DNA of 64,000 nucleotides from assembly GCF_036321535.1 (NCBI RefSeq), contig NC_087459.1, positions 22,196,001-22,260,000 of the forward strand, given 5' to 3'. The notes below the pieces were generated by a model, which was given only the letters and a program-made list of their open reading frames with translations, was not told where the DNA came from and did not search any database. Shown one piece after another: positions 45,471 through 57,569 of the stretch. Each line of letters opens with the position of its first letter. Position 1 is the stretch's first letter. Made by a program: the position numbers and the translations under genes. The stretch comes from Camelus dromedarius (Eukaryota).

Positions 45471-47514
45471 GAACACTTATTTATGTTTGTCAAAAGTGGG
45501 ACATTATCCAAATATGAACCATGAGGAGGGGGGCTGTGCATTCCCCCGGAGGACTTTTATCAGCAATAAACGTTTTGATAGGCATAGTAAGTGTTCAACA
45601 ATGATGTAAAGTGAAAAATTAGCTTTTGAAGTAGTATCTCTGGTATCCCAGTAATATATTTTAACACACTAGCCTGAAAAGCATCAGAATGCTAAAAGCA
45701 TTTCTGGCTGGTAGGGACATACGTTAGTTCTTTTTCCTTTCCACAGCCCACATGTTTGATAAGGAGTACCTTATTAAGCAAGTGATGAACAAGGAAAAGT
45801 CACTGCCTGATGCAAGGCCCGGAACGGAGCGCAGTTTCGGATTATCCGCGGGTGCTTAAGTCCCTGGGTCTGGGAGCGCTAAGCGTGGTAACCTGATGCG
45901 CCGGCAGTTTTGGGTGAGGGCTGAGAGTCGGGAGCGCCCGAGCGGGGGAACCAGCGCGACACCGTCCGGCGTCCCATCCGCCTGTCCGGCTGCGCCCTGC
46001 TTCGCAGGCGTAGGGGGAAGGATGCGCCTCTAGAGCAGCGGAGGCGAGAGGAATCAGGCCCGGTGGCCCGCCGCTCAGAATAGGCCAGGTCTACCTCCCG
46101 CCTGCACCGCGGAGCCAGAGTCATTAACACCTGGCGGCACCCGAGGCTCTGCGGTGACTCCCAGGTCTAATTACCTAATTACTGTCTCCCTAAACGCTGC
46201 TCTCAGGGAGTTATTGCGAAGAATGCCTTTGTTTTGGTTTGGTTTAACTAGCACAGATAATTATCTTCCCACAAAAATTGCAGCTTCCCCCCTTGGGGAT
46301 TTTCTTTTTAATACATCGAAAATAATTCTCTACTTAAAAAAAAAAAAGCCTTCTCAGATATTTGATCTGGCCGAGTCTCTGTCTGTGACGAGGTTGCCAA
46401 TTTGAGTTTTTTTCTGCATTTTGAAGTCATATCCCTGGTGGGGCGTGGCCTACATACCACGCTCTGAGGGCAATTTTGGTAGTTCCCTAAATGAACAGGT
46501 CCCAGGAGAGTGTTTTTAATAAAACACCTAGGGGATTTTCTCTTCCACCCATGTGTCTTACATTTGCTACTGGGAGAGAAACTAATATTTATTCCTGTAC
46601 CACTCTTCCCACACATTATCTCGTTTAAAAAAACCTCTTTAGAAACTTATGAAAATACACACATTTTCAGAAGTGAAATTAGAACAAAGAACTCCCATAT
46701 CCTATCACACGGATTCAACAATGACCAAGATTCCTGTCACATCTGTTGTATCCCTGTTTTCCTCCGCTGCAGACCTTAGTCATTTCACCCCTCTCTATCT
46801 CAATATACAGCTCTAAAAAACTAGACTTATTTCTTACATAACCTCAACGCCATTTTCACACTGGAAAAATCAAGTTGGCCCTGTTAATATCTAATACTCA
46901 GTCCAGAATCAAATTTCTCTGATTGTCTAAAAGACATTAGCATACATACAACGCAGAATAGGTACAAAATCTGCAGTGAACTTGGCTTGTATGGTATTAA
47001 AGTCTCTTATAAGGATCTCCTGCCCTTTTTATTTTTCCCTGACATTACTTGTTGGAAAAAAAATGGGTCAGTCGTCCTGTAAAATGCCTCACTTTGTGGC
47101 TTTGTCTGCTTCTTTGTGGTGTAGTTTAACTTGTTCCTCTCTCTCTCTCTCATATCTTGTAAACTGAGGTTGCTTCTAGAGGCTGGTTTATACTCCGATT
47201 CACTTTCCTAGGAAGTGATGTGTGTTGGCTTCACACCAGGAGACCCACAATAGCTCATTGTCCCAATTTTTGTGATCTGTGGGCTCAGGTGGTGACAGCC
47301 TGTCCCTGCAATTGTAAAGTTCCACATTGAACTTTCATCTGATAGTTTCATCCGTAGTTCATTGCTTTATTTGTTGTTATGTTCACTTGCTATTATTTCA
47401 TTAGGGGCTGGGAAATGATAATTTTCTAATTCAATCATTTTTCACATTTATTAGCTAGAGTTCTTTCCCTCATGAACTAAGACAATTTGGTTACCCTGAT
47501 TTACATTTTTTCTT

Positions 47515-47850
47515 ACAGTTTTATTGAGATATAGTTGACATAAAGCACTGTTCAAGTTTAAGGTGCAGGTGATAATGATTTGATGTACATACATAATGAA
47601 ATAATGACCACAGAAAGTTTAGTGAATATCCATCATTTCATATAGATACAAAATTAAATAGAAAAAAATTTTTTTCCTTGTAATGAGAACTCTTAGGATT
47701 TGCTCTCTTAACTTTTGTATATAACATACAGCAGTGTTAATTATATTTATCATGGTGTATGTTGTATCCCTAGTACTTATTTGTCTTATAACTAGAAGTT
47801 TGTATCTTTTGACTACCTTCATTCCATTCCCCTCCCCAGCATACCACTCT
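47515..47850 (-). mobile_element. L1 (L1MA-like) 3' end
   Basis: ttttattgagatatagttgacata..gtaatgagaactcttaggatttgctctctta..cttataactagaagtttgtatcttttgac. Confidence 0.85.
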
Positions 47851-48048
47851 CCCACACATTACCACTAGACCTGTCCTACGAGAAATGCTCCAGGGACTCC
47901 TTCAGGTTGGAAGAAAAGGATGCTACATAGTAACTTGAAACCTTATGAAGACATCAAGATCCTTGTTAAAGGTAAATACCTTGGCAAATATATAAAAACC
48001 AGTATTGTTACAATTTTTGTTTGTAACCCCAGTTTTAATTTTTCACAG

Positions 48049-48182
48049 NNNNNNNNNNNNNNNNNNNNNNNNNNNNNNNNNNNNNNNNNNNNNNNNNNNN
48101 NNNNNNNNNNNNNNNNNNNNNNNNNNNNNNNNNNNNNNNNNNNNNNNNNNNNNNNNNNNNNNNNNNNNNNNNNNNNNNNNNN
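48049..48182. other. Assembly gap (134 N)
   Basis: Run of N. Confidence 1.
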
Positions 48183-48405
48183 GTTTTGGGTAAACTGGAT
48201 ATCCATATGTGAAAGGATGGACCTTTACCTTATATCTTATACAAAAATTAACTCAAAGTGAATTAAAGACATAAACATAAAACCTAACTCTATACAATTC
48301 TTAGAAGCAACATGGTGGAAAAGCTTCATGGCGTTGGATTTGGCAATCACTTCTTGGATATGACACCAAAAGCACAGGCAACAAAAGAAAAAGTAGATAA
48401 AGTGG
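48183..48405 (+). mobile_element. L1 ORF2 3' fragment between two gaps
   Basis: aactggatatccatatgtgaaagg..caaaaattaactcaaagtgaattaaagac..gatatgacaccaaaagcacaggcaacaaaagaaaaagtagataa. Confidence 0.85.
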
Positions 48406-48581
48406 NNNNNNNNNNNNNNNNNNNNNNNNNNNNNNNNNNNNNNNNNNNNNNNNNNNNNNNNNNNNNNNNNNNNNNNNNNNNNNNNNNNNNNNNNNNNNNN
48501 NNNNNNNNNNNNNNNNNNNNNNNNNNNNNNNNNNNNNNNNNNNNNNNNNNNNNNNNNNNNNNNNNNNNNNNNNNNNNNNNN
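48406..48581. other. Assembly gap (176 N)
   Basis: Run of N. Confidence 1.
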
Positions 48582-48689
48582 AATGGACAGTGGACTTGAG
48601 TATACATTTCTCCATTCCAAACCCTCCCTGCCATGTTGATTTCTACCCTTCTGTGGTATTCCAGCAGCTGTGATAAACAGGAGGAGGTC

Positions 48690-49414
48690 TGTGCCAGTTA
48701 CCAATTTATTCCCTCTTGGCTCCAATTTCACCCTTCATTGCTTGTTATGCAAAAGTGGAGCTGGACCATTTAATCTTTGTCTCCAGAGGGCTCTGGAGAG
48801 TAATTAGAGGAGGAAGGGATCTTCCTTCTCATTCCGATGTACCCTTTTAGCAGGCTCCTGCAGCGTGCCTGGGTTCCTCAGTGCCCAGCTCCTGCAGTGC
48901 AGATGGCTTCTCTAGCACCAGGGTTCTGCAGCTCAGGTAGCTCCTCCAGAGCCCACTCTGGCGGTGACAGTGACCAGCGGCATCCAGCAGCCAGTAGTTT
49001 CCCTCTGAAACACCCCCAACCCTTGGTTTGCTTTGTGGCAGGGTGCCTCCATTGGGACACCTCTCCATGAATGACTTTTCTTGCACCCTAGAAAGTAGGT
49101 TTCTGGCCAGTTCTGGAGGGCAAATTTCCAGCAACTACCATTGGTATAGCACCAGGTGACTTATTTGCCCAATTACCAATGGCCACATTCTCTCCAGTAA
49201 GGTCTGAATCTCAGCCCTGGTGCTCTACCTCAGCCTTGCAGGTGATGCATGCACTGTATCCGCTGATCTTATATTCTTTAGAATTCTCTTTACTTTTTAC
49301 TAGCCAGTCCCTTTTTATTCAAATCCCGTTATGGTTAATAATTCTCGATATTAAAATTTAGCTGTTCAAATTACTGTGTGGCTTCCATCTCCCAATTTGA
49401 CCCTGACTGGTTCA
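48690..49414 (+). mobile_element. Solo LTR, ERVL class (MER74-like), 725 bp
   Basis: TG..CA ends (tgtgccagttacc..ccctgactggttca); 5-bp TSD aggtc (48685-48689) / gggtc (49415-49419); 3' end resembles recalled MER74/MER73 consensus. Confidence 0.7.
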
Positions 49415-49629
49415 GGGTCCCAGCCTAACTCAATAAGGAAGAAAGACACCCAGCCTCTCACCATCAGTCAGTATGGCGTGCTAACCCAGCAGTGGGACAG
49501 AGTGCTGGGAGCAGTGGGTAAGAAGGTACCTGGAGGGCCCATGAAGATTGAGAGAATTAAGCCAAAAGGATGAGTAGGGGACCGGGGCACTCCAAATTCA
49601 TCATCAACGCCTCCTCTTGTCTTTCTCCC

Positions 49630-50870
49630 CACCCTCACTAAATCGCCAAGTTATGTCAGCTCTACCCCTCAAGACTGGTCCATGCTTCCCCCCACCCGCC
49701 CCCACTGCCACTCCTCAGGCCAGGCCATCATCATCTCTGGCTAATTTATTATGAGGGCCCTCTAATTGTCCTCTTTCCCTCCAGGCTTGCTCACTTCAGC
49801 CTGTTCTCCACAGTGAAGCCGTGGGGATTCTTCTAAAAGGCAAATTTGAGTCAAAATGGTCCTTGATTAAAAACTGTTGTTGGTGGCTGCCTCTTGCCCT
49901 GAGGACAAAACCTGAACTCCTCATTTGACCACAAGGCTTGGAAAGATCTGGCCTCTGCTCACCTCCCCAGTCTTATCTTTTGCCACTCCTCCCTACAAGA
50001 TCCTTACTTTCCAGCCACATGGAAGGCCAGTTTCCTTAGGGACCTTTATAAGTACTGTTCCCTCTTCCTGGAAACCTTCTCTCTAGCTCCCCCCTCACCC
50101 TTTCACTCTCATCTTTGCTTCCTTAGCTCATCTTTAGCCTCAGCTAAGACATCTACTCCTCTGAGAAGCCTTCCCAAACCCGTCTCTCTCCTGATCTGCC
50201 AAGGCACCTCTCATGTCAAGTTCAGTCAAAATCCTGTACTTTTCTCGTAATGCTTAACACAGTCTGATCACTGTCTGTTAACATGTATGTCTCCTCACTA
50301 CTGTGAGATAAAATGGCAAGACAAAGAAAAATGTAAACATAAATCTTTTCTGTCCTTTGGCCTCCTCTCTCCCCTCTCCCCTCCACTGTGCACGGTGCAC
50401 CTGCAGTTATGCATCAATCCGACCTCCCCATCAGAGGAAATACCTGCTTGGCCATAAAGAGCAACATTCCCCAGCACCAACAAGACAAGTCCTTAAAAGA
50501 TAACATTCCTTCTCGGTCTTGTAAGGGTTCACGGTGACCCACCCCTTGCCCTTGCAGATCTGGGTTGTGTAAACTCCCAAGAATATGTCACTTAATGCAC
50601 AGCCTGCTGTCTCAAAAAACTTGTATAAGTGTGCTTTGGCTTCTAACAGAGCAGGACAGTTCTTAGAGCTCTCTGAGAGGCCGTTCCTGGGTTATCATCC
50701 TTAATTTGGCCCAAATAAAACTTCCCACTTCTTTCTTGGATCAGTTGATTAATTTTGCTGACACTACACTATAAGCTCCATGAGGACTGAAACTCTTATT
50801 CACCATTGTTTCCTCAGCACCTGTTATAGTGCCTGGTACATATTATGTGCTGAATAAATGTGGAGGGGGG
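49630..50870 (+). mobile_element. L2 LINE 3' region, interrupted by a solo LTR
   Basis: ccatcatcatctctgg..agcctgttctccacagtgaagcc..; terminal actataagctccatgaggac..tagtgcctggtacatattatgtgctgaataaatg. Confidence 0.75.
50302..50763 (+). mobile_element. Solo LTR, ERV1 class, 462 bp
   Basis: TG..CA ends; perfect 4-bp TSD ctac (50298-50301 / 50764-50767); TATA-like TATAAG 50624-50629; AATAAA 50714-50719. Confidence 0.85.
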
Positions 50871-51723
50871 GAAATGAACAAGCAAATCTTGCTCATTTGG
50901 GAGAATACGTGACAGTATGTCATGTAAACAGAGTGTAGGGACGTGGGTAGAAGTGGCTGGACCTGAAGGGCAGGCAGGCTGTTGGCGGCCAGGCTGGGAA
51001 GAGCCCTGTAATTCATACTAAACAATTTGTGCTATAAAATGTAGATCAAACACCCCACATTGGCTGCTGGTGATTGAACTGGACTTCCTGTTCCTACATT
51101 TGGTTTGTCCAGCACAGTTTTAAGAACCTTCAGATGTGAATGCCTTTCAGTTTGCCACATTACCCACCAGTCTCCACATTACATGGGCCTCCTTTCCCCA
51201 CTGAAGCTGACTGCCTACCTCACTATCTGGTTTTGCTTCTTTTGCAGATGGGGGGAGATAATTTAAGGAGAGAGGGAATTTGAAGAGAGGGATTTAAGCT
51301 ATGAGTTCTAGAAAGAGAGGTCCACTCTTGGTGGCAAGTGTACGTTTGAGAATTCCTTGGGAGAAGTGAATTTATTTCATTGCTCCCTTGGGAGCAAAGG
51401 GAGACTCAGAAAATCAGAGGGATTGAGCACAATTTGAACAGCTTGTATCTTCAGACTGGTGAGTTGGCCAGTGTTGGGCTGGGTGTCCACCCTCTCCTGT
51501 TTGCTTTCTGAAACACAGACTGCCCTGATGAAATTTGAAGTCAGAGCTGCGGTAGATGAACCTTGACTCAGCAGCCTGCCATATTGCAAATGTATATTAC
51601 ACTACATATGGCCTGCATATTACAAAATGTAGGGGAAAGCTGGAATATAGCATTTCCTGGGGGAAATGAAATACACACACACACAGACTCACACAGTGTC
51701 CCATAGAGACAGTGGGATGGTGG

Positions 51724-52256
51724 TGTTACCTGAAAACTGGGTTTGCCTCTTGGATGTCCAGCCAAAAGTCACAGCCAAGCCAAAGAGTTGGAGAAGGAAG
51801 GATCTATTACTTGCAGCAAGTAAGGAGAACACCGGGTTCTTTCCCAAAGCAGTGTCTCCCTGAACAGTAAAATTGGGGAATTTTTAAGCTAAGGGTACAT
51901 GCATATTCATGAAGGGGCTTGGACAGAGTCCAAGCTTTAGTTGATTGATGTCACGAGGGTCAGAACAGGTCAACATCATCATCCCTTAGGTTATAGTTGA
52001 TCTAGTGGTTGAGCACCTAGGGGACTTAAATTCTGCAAAACAGCTCAAGAAAATGCTTCAGGCTAGTCTTTACCATTGAAACAGAACTGGGAGTCTTTAC
52101 AACTGATTTGTTATCTTTGCTATTGTTACTAATTCTGCTTGGTAACATTTTGTTCTTTTGTTCCCTTAAGATCATTAATTGGTGAGACCTGTTCAAGGGC
52201 AAGCCAGGTTTAGATCCCAAAATGGCTGAGGCCAGAAATGGCTTCTCTTAAGTCAA
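51724..52256 (-). mobile_element. Solo LTR, probably ERV1 class
   Basis: Starts tgttacc on +; typical reverse LTR motifs ttattacttgcagcaagtaaggagaacaccgg and caaaatggc..gcttctcttaagtca. No clean TSD; right end approximate. Confidence 0.6.
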
Positions 52257-52766
52257 GAGAAGGGACTCCCTACACTATCTGCTTATAGTGCTTTGTAGGA
52301 GGGGCTGTACCTCAGTGAGGTCTCCGACATACAGTATGTGGCCTACAATACTATAGATTCAGAAACTAACTTTTCATGTTTCCAACATAGATCAGGGTCT
52401 TAGGGAAAGATTCTTTTCAACAGAATTCCTTGGTTTTTAAGTTAGGAGGTCCATTTCTTACAAAGGGGGCATAACCCCAGTAGTATCCTCAAAATTCAGG
52501 TCTACTCTCCAAGGACTCCCTTCCCAATGCAGAGGTTCTTGGAAAACTAAGCTGTTGTTCAGAAAGAGGCCATGAACAAGCTTGATGATCTCTGTCCCAC
52601 AAAAGAACACGCCTCTTCAATGACCAGAAGACCCTCTCTGCTCATCAAGGCTAGAGAGACTGCGATGAGTTTTTAACACTTTAATTCCCCTTTTACAAAA
52701 CCCCACCTAGGCCCAAGGTTCCCTTAAGAACAAGTTACAGAAATCTGTGCTTTCATGGCCATTCTT

Positions 52767-52883
52767 TTTTTTTTTTTTAACTAAAAAAAAATTTTTTTTT
52801 CCCTTAATGGATGCACTGGGGATTGAACCCAGGACCTTGTGTTTGCCAAGCACATGCTCTGCCACTGAGCTATACCCACAGAC
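52767..52883 (-). mobile_element. tRNA-Ala-derived SINE with 14-bp TSD
   Basis: cactggggattgaacccaggaccttgtgtttgccaagcacatgctctgccactgagctatacc; perfect TSD tcatggccattctt at 52753-52766 and 52884-52897. Confidence 0.92.
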
Positions 52884-53425
52884 TCATGGCCATTCTTAAC
52901 ATTTGTGATCCTTGCCAGGCAAAAGCTCAATGATATCCTATCAAATTGGATGAATCATATTTTCCCAGTAGCTGGGCTGGAGAAAAATGATGGATAGTCA
53001 GCAGCCAAAGCCCAGGCACACCAACCTCAACACCTGTACCTACAGGCCACCCTTCTCCGTGAGCAGCTCTGAGGTGAGGCTTTTGCTTTGTAAATACCAA
53101 CTAGCAATAGTTCATAACAGTAAGTGAAGTAGTAATTACTTCATGAACAAACTCTCTGTCCCCAATTCCATCACACATTGGATTGGATAATCGTTTTCAT
53201 GCATATTTCCATATGCCGCGACTCTCACCATATCTTCAAGTGAGCAGAACAGTTCCACTAAGATAAAAGGAGTTGATCCTTTCAAATGGGCTTTCAAAAA
53301 CTGCCTGTGGGCAGTGTTGGTGGAATATGAGTTCTGATAATCATGAACAAACAGAGCCTTGAATTTTATTGATTTCATTTTGTAATACTTGCTGATTTTG
53401 CACTAATTTGGGGGTAATGGTAATT

Positions 53426-53812
53426 AAAAAAATAGACTTTATTTTTACAGTAGTTTTAGGGTCACAGAAAAATTGATCAGAAAGCACAGAGAGTTCCCAC
53501 ATAGCCCCTTCTCCCACTGTTTCCCTGCATTGACATCTTGAAATAGTGTGGTACATTTGTTATAATGGATGAGCTGTATTGACACATTATTATTAATTAA
53601 AGTCCAGTGGTTTATATTAGGGGTCATTTTTTGGGGAGTACATTCTATCTATTTTGTTTTATTTTGTTTTTACATTCTGTGTATTTTGACAAATATATAA
53701 TGACATATGTTGTTCACTACTGTATCATAGAGAATATTTTCATTGCCCCCAAAATTCCCTCTATTCCACCAATTTGTCCTTCTTTTCCTCCCCCACAACC
53801 TCTGGCAAAACT
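53426..53812 (-). mobile_element. L1 3' end fragment
   Basis: aatagactttatttttacagtagttttagggtcacagaaaaattgatcagaaagcacagagagttccc..gtggtacatttgttataatggatgag. Confidence 0.8.
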
Positions 53813-53956
53813 GTAAAATCTTCCTAGAAGATACCATAAGTGAAAAAACGTAGGTGACCTTGGACTTGACCGTGACTTTTTAGTTGCAACACCAAAAACA
53901 TGATTCATGAAAGAAAAAATTGATAAATTGGACTTCATTAAAATTAAAAACTTATG

Positions 53957-54416
53957 TGTTGGGGGACAAGGCGGGTCGGTGTTGGGGGTAGTAAAAGAAT
54001 TTACCAAAGGCAAAGGAGAAGAATAGAAAAGGAGTTTATTAGGGTGCTGCTGTAGACAGCAGCAGGTCACACAGACGAGAGGTACCTGTGTGAGCACTGA
54101 GGGTCGGTTGTTGGAGTCTTTATAAGGTAGGGTCACAAGATGCCTGATTGGCTTGTGCACAACTCTCTGACTGGTTGTAGGTGAAATAAGAAAGTTAGGC
54201 TCTGTGAAGGCGGTTGGGTTTATGACTCTGATAACGTGGGCTGAAACTAGCCAGCCTGAGCTATTGTGAGATTAGGCATTACCTAGGGCTATTAGTTTGT
54301 TAGGGCAAATATGCACAGTAAAGAATGTACTTTATCTGTTAAGACATCTCAGGCAGACATCTGAGAGCCCAGGAATGGGGGTCATTGGTCTTTGAAGAAT
54401 GCCAGTTGGCCCCACA
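53957..54416 (-). mobile_element. Solo LTR, 460 bp, inserted in L1
   Basis: TG..CA ends; perfect 5-bp TSD ttatg (53952-53956 / 54417-54421). On the minus strand CCAAT (54147-54151), TATAAA (54119-54124) and AATAAA (54035-54040) lie in U3-R order. Confidence 0.85.
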
Positions 54417-54525
54417 TTATGCTCTATGAAAGACAGTGCCACAGACTTGGAGAAAATCTTTGCAAAACACATATTTGATAAAGGACTGGTATTGAAAAAA
54501 TATAAAGAACTCTTTTAAGCTCATC

Positions 54526-54663
54526 NNNNNNNNNNNNNNNNNNNNNNNNNNNNNNNNNNNNNNNNNNNNNNNNNNNNNNNNNNNNNNNNNNNNNNNNNNN
54601 NNNNNNNNNNNNNNNNNNNNNNNNNNNNNNNNNNNNNNNNNNNNNNNNNNNNNNNNNNNNNNN
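54526..54663. other. Assembly gap (138 N)
   Basis: Run of N within L1. Confidence 1.
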
Positions 54664-54829
54664 CACAATAAGATATCACCACATCCCTACTAGAATGGCT
54701 GAATTTCAAAACACTGACAGCACCAAATGTTGGTAAGGATGTGGAGCAACAGGAACTCTCATTCATTGCTGGTGGGAATATAAAATGGTGGTTATTTTGG
54801 CAGTTAGTATGGCAGTTTCTTATAAAACT

Positions 54830-56380
54830 AATTGTAATTTTTAAATTAGAAATCAAATGTATATCTTGTTTGAGGTAAATAGTACCACAAGCAGATTTTC
54901 TCTAAGAACAAAACAAAGCTTTTAAAAGCAAGTAACAGTGGAAGACAAAGTTTCTGGTATAGACAAGTAGTACAAAATAATGATGCATGATACTTGGATA
55001 ATAAACTCATTTTGCAATAGTACACCTTTAGGTATATATTATAGATTCTCCATAGTTCAGGCAGAATTCAAACTCTGCATTTCAGCAACAGGCTGACCGT
55101 CCCTAAAGAAAACTATTTTTAAAACAGGCATAACCTTGGTGTTCTTTTATTTGACCAACTCCATCGAAGTTTAGATGTGTTGAAAGACTTAGGTCAGTGG
55201 TTTTCAAAATGTGAGCATGGGGGACCCATGAGGTAAAAACTATTTTAACAACAATATGAAAGACATCATCTACCTCTCATTCTCTCATTAGTGTAGAGTA
55301 GAATTTTCCAGAGGCTACACAAAGTGTGATACAACAGGTTGAATGCTGATATGAGAATCTAGTCTCTTGTTAAGCCAGACATTAAAGAGATATGCAAAAA
55401 TGTAAAATGCGTCCACTTTTTTCACTAGTTTTTTTTGTTTGTTTTGGAAAATATAATTATTTTTAAATATTTATGTCAACATATAATGGTTATGTTATTT
55501 TGTAATGAACAAATTAAATATTTAAAAATTCTGTTTTAATTTCTAATACAGTACATTTTAATATATGTAATTCATATCAATAAAAAGTCTTAGAGATCTT
55601 AGAGATCTTCAATAAAATGTTAAGGGATGCTGACCCCCCAAAATTTGAAAACCAATAATTTAGTAAGCCATGTGCAACTTGCTACTTGATGCACTTTTAA
55701 AAATAAGGTATAGAACAGTGATAGTGAGATAAGGAAGAAAAATGTAAAGGAACACGTCCTCATGACTTTTCATGCATATTCTTTTGACAGCAAGAAGCAC
55801 TTTTCACAAGGAGAAAAAAGGCAAATAAATAATTTTGTATAAGAACTTTAACATACTCTGTACAATGTTCTCACGTTGTTGACATTTATACAAATTCTTC
55901 AGAGTTTACTTGACTATTATTACCAGTATCTGCTTCTCTGCTTATTTCATCAACCTCCTCGTGTGTTAACTTTTCTCCAAAGTGTTTAATCATGTGATGT
56001 AATTATGTTGCACAAACATAGCCAGTGTCATCTTTATTAAACACAAGAAATGTTTCTCTAATTTCCTCTTTACTCTCTGTCTGTGTGTCTTTCATTTTTC
56101 TCGCCATTATTGTCAGTAAGTCCAGGAAGCTAATTGTACTATTTTCATCACCATTTGCTTCATTAATTTATTCTGAAACTTTGCTTCTGTGGAATTTTGC
56201 CCAAGAGACCTCATCACAGTTTCCAATCTTTTGATGTTCATCACTGTCCTTATCAAAGAGTAGAAAGCTTCTTTGAAGTCTGCAAGTTGTATTCCCATCA
56301 GCTGGTCAACCATGCTGCCAGTGCTACTTGTCGTCAAAGGACAATCACACATTCAGCTCATTAGCTCCACTCGGACTCTC
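54830..56380 (-). pseudogene. Processed calmodulin pseudogene (CALM2-derived), full-length mRNA copy, frameshifted
   Basis: Intronless CDS remnant 56313-55871 (MVDQL..FKEAF..TVMRSLGQNSTEA..) with several frameshifts. 5'UTR gagtggagc..gcagcATG and 3'UTR (ttgtacagagtatgttaaa.., cacatctaaacttcgatggagttggtcaaa, ..aattacaatt) match recalled CALM2 mRNA. Interrupted at 55195-55657. Confidence 0.88.
55195..55657. mobile_element. hAT-Charlie (Charlie1-like) non-autonomous DNA transposon inside the CALM2 retrocopy
   Basis: TIRs cagtggttttcaaa (55195-55208) / tttgaaaaccaata (55644-55657); internal gatatgagaatctagtctcttgttaagccagacattaaagagatatgcaaaaatgtaaaa; degenerate 8-bp TSD acttaggt / atttagta. Confidence 0.8.
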
Positions 56381-56419
56381 TGAAATGCTATTTCTTATTA
56401 ATGTTTATATATTATACAT

Positions 56420-57000
56420 ATTTTAAGGTAAAATTTACATGCAGTAATATGTAAAAAGCTTATATGTGTATGCCCTGTGTTATGACAAATTCATTGGTTT
56501 CTTTGAACACTGCATTGGTAACCACACCAAGGAGAAAGAAAAGTCATTCCTGACAGTCAGGAACTGGCTTTCCCTATCAGGCTTTGGTATTCTCTTGTTT
56601 TTTATTGTTGAGTACACGTCTGCTGTGTAAAGATACCATGCTTGGTTTATCCATTCACCTATAGATGGCCATTAAATTTTCCCTATTTTTAGCTATTAAG
56701 AATGAAGATGGTATGAATAAAAAGGCTTTGTACATATATATTTTTTGGACATATATTTTCATCACTCTTGTAGAAAAGAGCTAGGAGTGAAATTGCTGGG
56801 TCGTGTGGTAGGTGACATTTAGCTTTATGAGAAACTGCCATATTTTCCAAAGTGTTTTTGCCATTTTACATTTTACAACAATGTGTGAATGTTTCAGTCA
56901 CTCCACTTCCTTGCCAACAAGTGGTAGGCCTTGTCATTGTTTGAAATGTTGGCCATTGTAGTAGGTAGGAAACGGTACCTCCTGGGTTTAATTTGAATTT
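56420..57000 (-). mobile_element. Old L1 3' fragment
   Basis: aaggtaaaatttacatgcagta..tttatccattcacctatagatgg..ctaggagtgaaattgctgggtcg..aactgccatattttccaaagtg. Confidence 0.75.
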
Positions 57001-57569
57001 CCTTTTCAGAAAACATCATCCATCATATTAAATTAATGCTGTTCATTTGAATTTTACCGTTTTTTAAAACATATTTTATATTTCCAATACTGGCACAATT
57101 ATATTTAATTTTAAATTTTGCTTTAGTTTTATACTTGTACAAAGAGCTGTAAGAACAAGGCAATTATATCTACTTTTTTGTTTGTACATATTTAAGGTTA
57201 AAATTTGGGGTCATAATTTTTCCCTTTACAAGATGTAAGTTCATTGCTCCCTATCTGCTTCCAAATCCATCTCTTTGGCACCACACTCTTTCCCAGACAC
57301 CTTCTAGTTTTATCCAGGCAGATGCCATGTATCTCCAGGACAAGAGCTCCCCAGCTGGACTCATTCTGTGCACCCCAAAAGTGATCCCTTTTTTCTCATC
57401 AAGACCACCAGCTCTCTCCCCACCCATGTCAAACCAGTCCTCACAAACCTTATTGAGTCTACCTTCTAAGAATCTCTGGATGCTATCTCTTCAATTCCAC
57501 TGTTACCATCTGGGCTATGGCAACTGGAATTGTTGAGTCCAGAATGTGACAATTATTAAAATTTTAGTA

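Larger units (their letters stand above)
53813..54829 (+). mobile_element. L1 ORF2-end fragment, split by a solo LTR and a gap
   Basis: ..ttgataaattggacttcattaaaattaaaaacttatg [LTR] ctctatgaaagac..ggagaaaatctttgcaaaacacatatttgataaagg..ggtaaggatgtggagcaacaggaactctcattcattgctggtggg. Confidence 0.85.

Noticed and set aside
44750-45541. 263-aa and 162-166-aa ORFs overlapping NUPR2
   Set aside because: Alternative-frame and antisense products of a stop-poor CpG island, with no recognisable domain.
47920-48731. ORFs spanning N runs (also 54417-54856 and 59669-60070)
   Set aside because: Artefacts of translating assembly gaps within L1 fragments.
53426-54829. Twin-primed (5'-inverted) single L1 insertion
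   Set aside because: The opposite-strand L1 pieces do not join at adjacent L1 coordinates and no shared TSD is visible; two independent fragments explain it equally well.
54830-56380. Functional link between the calmodulin retrocopy and PHKG1 (calmodulin is the delta subunit of phosphorylase kinase)
   Set aside because: The retrocopy has several frameshifts and a transposon insertion, and lies about 24 kb away; proximity is most simply chance.
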